Assembly: GCF_036365525.1 (NCBI RefSeq)
Contig: NC_090383.1
Coordinates: forward strand, 85,549,123-85,613,122
Direction: 5' to 3'
Length of the DNA stretch: 64,000 nucleotides
From: Heterodontus francisci
Lineage: Eukaryota
Positions 59,863 through 64,000 of the stretch are shown in pieces. The notes under the pieces are model-generated. The model had not been told where the DNA came from, made no database searches, and saw only the letters and a list, made by a program, of their open reading frames with translations. The stretch's first letter is position 1. Every line of letters begins with the position of its first letter. Made by a program: the position numbers and the translations under genes.

Positions 59863-61837
59863 GTTGGCCAGACCTGGACATTAGTAAACCAGGTGGGTTT
59901 TTAAAACAACTTGGTAATTTCATGATCATTACTGAGACAAGCTTTTTATTCAAGATTTACCTCTTTGACCAACCTTTTGCTCACTTGATCTAATATCTCA
60001 TATGGCTCGGTGTCAAATTTTGTTTAATAACATTCCTGTGAAGCTCCTTGGGACATTTTACTACATTAAAGGTGCTATATAAATGCAAATTATTGCCATA
60101 GCTCTTCACAACCAAAGAACCATTTCTGAAGCACAATCACTGCAATTATTTAGAGAAATACAGCAGTCAATAAATAAAATTAGACAAATACACCAATAGA
60201 AGTGAAAGTAAATCAAACATAATGTTGAAAAATATTGTAGCGAATCTTATTGGATGGAAACACTAATGCTCAGTATTAAAAGTTAGAGTATAATTTTGTC
60301 AAAATGCTATCAGAAATGTCAAGATTGAAGAGTTTTATTGTGTTAAGAAGAATGACACTCGCATTGTAAAGAACAGTTTCCCATTTCAGTAAACTATCAG
60401 CATTGAGCACTTTCGGATCAGATACAGCATAGCCAGCCTCAGTGTAAAGCTCTCTGCTGCAATTTTGTCAGTGTGCTATTTGCATCTAGCGTCTATGTTA
60501 AATTATAGGGAGTTTTGTACTGTGGACCATGGTCCCTAGATGATGCCCATAGGGTTCTTAAGAAGTCAGTCTGGGCTGAAGTTGAATCTGGCAAAGGGTG
60601 AAATAAATGTGCTAACTCACTGTGCCAACCCAATGCCTCCAAATAATGGGTTTTAAAGAACCATATGTTCACAAAGAAAATCATTTGGCTCTTCAATTCA
60701 GGATTTTAGAATATTAAATATTTTCTATATTAAAAATAGAAATTAGTTTCCCCATTGGCTTGTGGTAAATGCATTATGTAAAATATAAAATTGTGGGAAT
60801 TCTGCTGTATGGCACAGTAGCACTAATTTCTGGTGGCAGGCTGTTCGCAGCCATGTTTGTCAGCAGGCATGCACCATGTGGTTTTAGTCTACATGGGACA
60901 AAAGAGAGGGTGTCCGATCATGGGACCTTCTGTGCAGTTCCTCTTGTCCCTTGCACAAGCCCCATTGTTTTGCTGCCAACTTTCTCATCTTGGATCCCAA
61001 TGTTGGCAGTACGAGAGGTTGTGATTTGGGGCCAAGCAGGAACCAGGTGTTAAGGGGACAACCGTGCACAAGGTTTTTACCTACCTAAATCTTGGTATAG
61101 GCAGTGCAGCTGTGAGAAAAGTCCCAAATCTAAGCACTTTCACATAAGAGACACTCCAAGATATTCTTGCTGATCCTAGTGGCTAGTTTCATAGAGCTTT
61201 GGTGGAAGCCTGGGAGAAGGTTCTCAGCCCTCTCTCTTGGCTCTGTAGTTGGAGATAATTGAACAGAATACAACCCTTCCTAATGATTTTTAAAATACTT
61301 CTCTCATCTACGGGTAGAATAAAGGCTTTTTTAATGTATAAGCATACCACAAGTTATTGTCTGAGCTATTTTTCAACTTTTGCAAGTTAGTTGCACCAAA
61401 ACTAAAGTCTGTCCCTTCCACTGAAATATTGCATAAACAAGTGGCTATATAAAAGGATTTGGTGTATTTTCCTCTCCCTTGATTGGCATCTAAATCAGGA
61501 GATGGAGGCACTGGCTGAATTCTTCTTTAAAGTAGGAAGTGTGTCTTCTGTTACCTAATTCTTCTGTACACTGATGCTGTTCAGTTTGTTTGTGAAATTT
61601 GCTCCTAAATATGTGGATTTGCTTGAAGGAACATCTTCATCCAGTGCTGTCATATTACTTTTCTATATGAAATCCACAAAAGCAGCTGACAAGATGTTTT
61701 TTTAATTATCACATCATGTTGAATTTTCTCTCTTCCTTTGCTGAAAGTGCTGAGTCCTGCTAGAGTATAATGCTACAAGTGTCTGGAGTACCTCACCCAA
61801 TATAGCCATTCTTCACAGATGAGCCTAGATTAATCAA

Positions 61838-63372
61838 GGGCTGAATTTTCCTGGCCCTGGGGTGGCAGACTCGGAGGCTGCAGTCGAGTTGTGATGGCTC
61901 CCCGTTGCACCCCCGCCACCGGGGAAGGCTCCTAGGGGCGGGGCAGCATGTGGGGTGGCTGCCCACTCAATGCAGGCGGGCAGCCAATCTGCATATTTAA
62001 GCCCTAGATTGGGGCCGATCAGAGTGCTGCTATTGTGGAGTGGCTCCCTCGCCACACGAGGAGGCCAATTTAAAGGAAGTGTCCATCCTGCAGCAATCCA
62101 AGGGGATCATCGGAGCCAGAGGTTCCATTCCCCAGAGAGGGGGCTTCCACCAGGAAAGGCAGCCCGCCTACAGCTCCAAAGAGCAATTGAGGAATTTCCC
62201 CTCCAATCCGAGGAGTCTGCCTGCTTGGCCCCTCTGAAATTTTATTTCAAACTCTATCTCCTAGATGCCTCAGCAACACCCACCTCTCCCGGTGAGGCTA
62301 CCGACCCAATGATTTGGCAGCATTGGGAGCTTGCCCACTGTTTTTAATTGGACCTTGAGCTCAGGGACAGCCAATTAGGAGACCGCCTCCGGGAATATCG
62401 CTGCGTCAGCCTTGCTGCTAGCAAGCGTGGGCCAGGGACCCCCATTTGTTCCCGATGCCATCCCAACATTGCCTCAAGCGTCAGCAAACTATTCAATTCT
62501 AGCGGGCATGACGGAAGAGCCCAACCTTGTCTTCCTCTGTGCGTATACTTACATATTTTCCATCAACAGACATTAAATGGAAATAGAAATTTCAGATGAT
62601 CTTTTGCTTCCCTTGGTCAAGCTCACATTGGGCTGGATTTTGTGTGGCCTGGTCGTAAAAGATGGCGGCCCACACGCACATCATTTACTCCGCGGAGCCA
62701 CCTTGATCTTAAATGTGGCGGCTCATTAACATGCCCAGGGCAGACCACCCCCCCGCCCCCCCCCCCCCATCATAACGTGGAGTGGGCGGGCGAGCCAGCC
62801 GTCCCCGGCAACAGCGTCTAGTACCACTGTGCAGGCACCATTTTTAAAGGGCTTAGAGCCCTAACTGACAATTTACATTTTCAAAGAAACAGTGCATTTA
62901 AAATTTTAAAAATCTTTACAGCCCCTCTCCCACCACCTCCCCCATAGCATGTCATTCCTGCCCTTCCCCCTCCCAAAATACTTACCTTGCATATATGACC
63001 TTTCCCCCACCCCCTGCGAAGTTCAGAACCTTTTACCTTTACTGCTTCCCATCACCGCATAGACCAATCAAGAAAGTTTGACCCCACTCGCCCCCACCGA
63101 AACCTACCTCCTCCCCGCTCCCCACAGGTGTCGGACCTTGTTTCCCCAGATGGGGATTCGCAAGCGCGTCAGTGCCGGCCACTGGGATGAAGATTACAGC
63201 AGCACTTCGGGAGGCGACGGGAACTTCATTAACTAAGCTAAGTAAATTAATTTGAATACTTAAATGACGGGCCCTGCCAGCGTGGAGGGCGGTTGCAGGC
63301 CTCATCCGGGGTAATCTTCATGCGTCCCCCCTTCCCAGATCCCAACATCGAGGCCCCTATAGAATTCAGTCC
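61838..63372. mobile_element. Two Harbinger-like MITEs (61838-~62500 and 62630-63372)
   Basis: Termini GGGCTGAATTTT and GGGCTGGATTTT; the second ends GAATTCAGTCC (inverted-repeat-like). Homologous to 17118-17912. Confidence 0.6.
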
Positions 63373-64000
63373 ATTACTTTTATTGTTGCCTCAGCTAAAA
63401 TTAACTATTTCAGTCCAAATCAGGGAACCAAGTGGAAATCTCCCTAATGGTGCAGCATACTATGCAATCTATTTACACACCAAACCAAAGGAAACAGTAA
63501 TAATTTTTTATAAAGAAAAGTCAGAGAAGAAATATTTATAAAGTCTGGGTACACGTGGAATTATGATATCAGAAGCTGTCATCTTGGCAGTTATCAGTCT
63601 CATAATTGCCTGATTTAGGGCAAGTTAGTGCCTGGGTACCATGACATCACGTATATCTTAAATGTTATGTTATGCGCTAATTAGATTTGAGGAACTTGGG
63701 TAGTTGGTTGCAAGCACTTTGTTGCATAATGGAATTCTCTTTCAAAATAACTCTTATTTAAGGAACTCTGGAGGACAGAATAAAAAAAAAATCACTTTCT
63801 TTGATTAGTTTAATAGGAAAAAAATCAGTTAATCCCATCACATTTTTTAAAAAAACCTTCGGTACATATTCAAGCACAACTTACTTGTTGTGAAAGTGAG
63901 TATTAAATTCACAAGAAAATACTGCTTATTTTAAAGATGCCATCACTTATTAAAAATTACACACTCTCCCCAAGAATATGGCACAGAAGTCTTCCTCAAG

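Larger units (their letters stand above)
55255..59950 (-). mobile_element. LINE of the 31823-36292 family, with nested CR1 (57358-58222) and LTR (59056-59862)
   Basis: VPQGSVLG, WLESYLAQRKM and MTTYCPPS..VLWVGNFNVHH on the minus strand. 3' tail at 55255. Confidence 0.88.

Overview
Repeat-rich vertebrate genomic DNA, most likely from a shark or other cartilaginous fish (inferred from HE1/V-type SINEs and from CR1, L2, RTE, Penelope and Harbinger families). Three spliced protein-coding genes can be read by hand; none is recovered as a gene by the ORF track. (1) The first coding exon of UTP25/DIEXF lies on the minus strand at 4774-4883. (2) Head-to-head with it, across a ~300-bp CCAAT/GC-box promoter, is a complete 6-exon plus-strand gene I cannot name. 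It encodes a 186-aa RGG/Pro-rich low-complexity protein with a PY-NLS-like motif, a GC-AG first intron and a possible non-AUG N-terminal extension. (3) A complete 7-exon MRPS10 lies on the minus strand at 27087-47420 (204 aa, one GC-AG intron). The rest is mainly nested retroelements. The most notable RNA-level signal is a minimal type-I hammerhead ribozyme motif with a compensatory stem change. It is carried by two Penelope ends and by a ~135-bp TSD-flanked non-autonomous derivative. Repeat boundaries are approximate; exon boundaries were read base by base.
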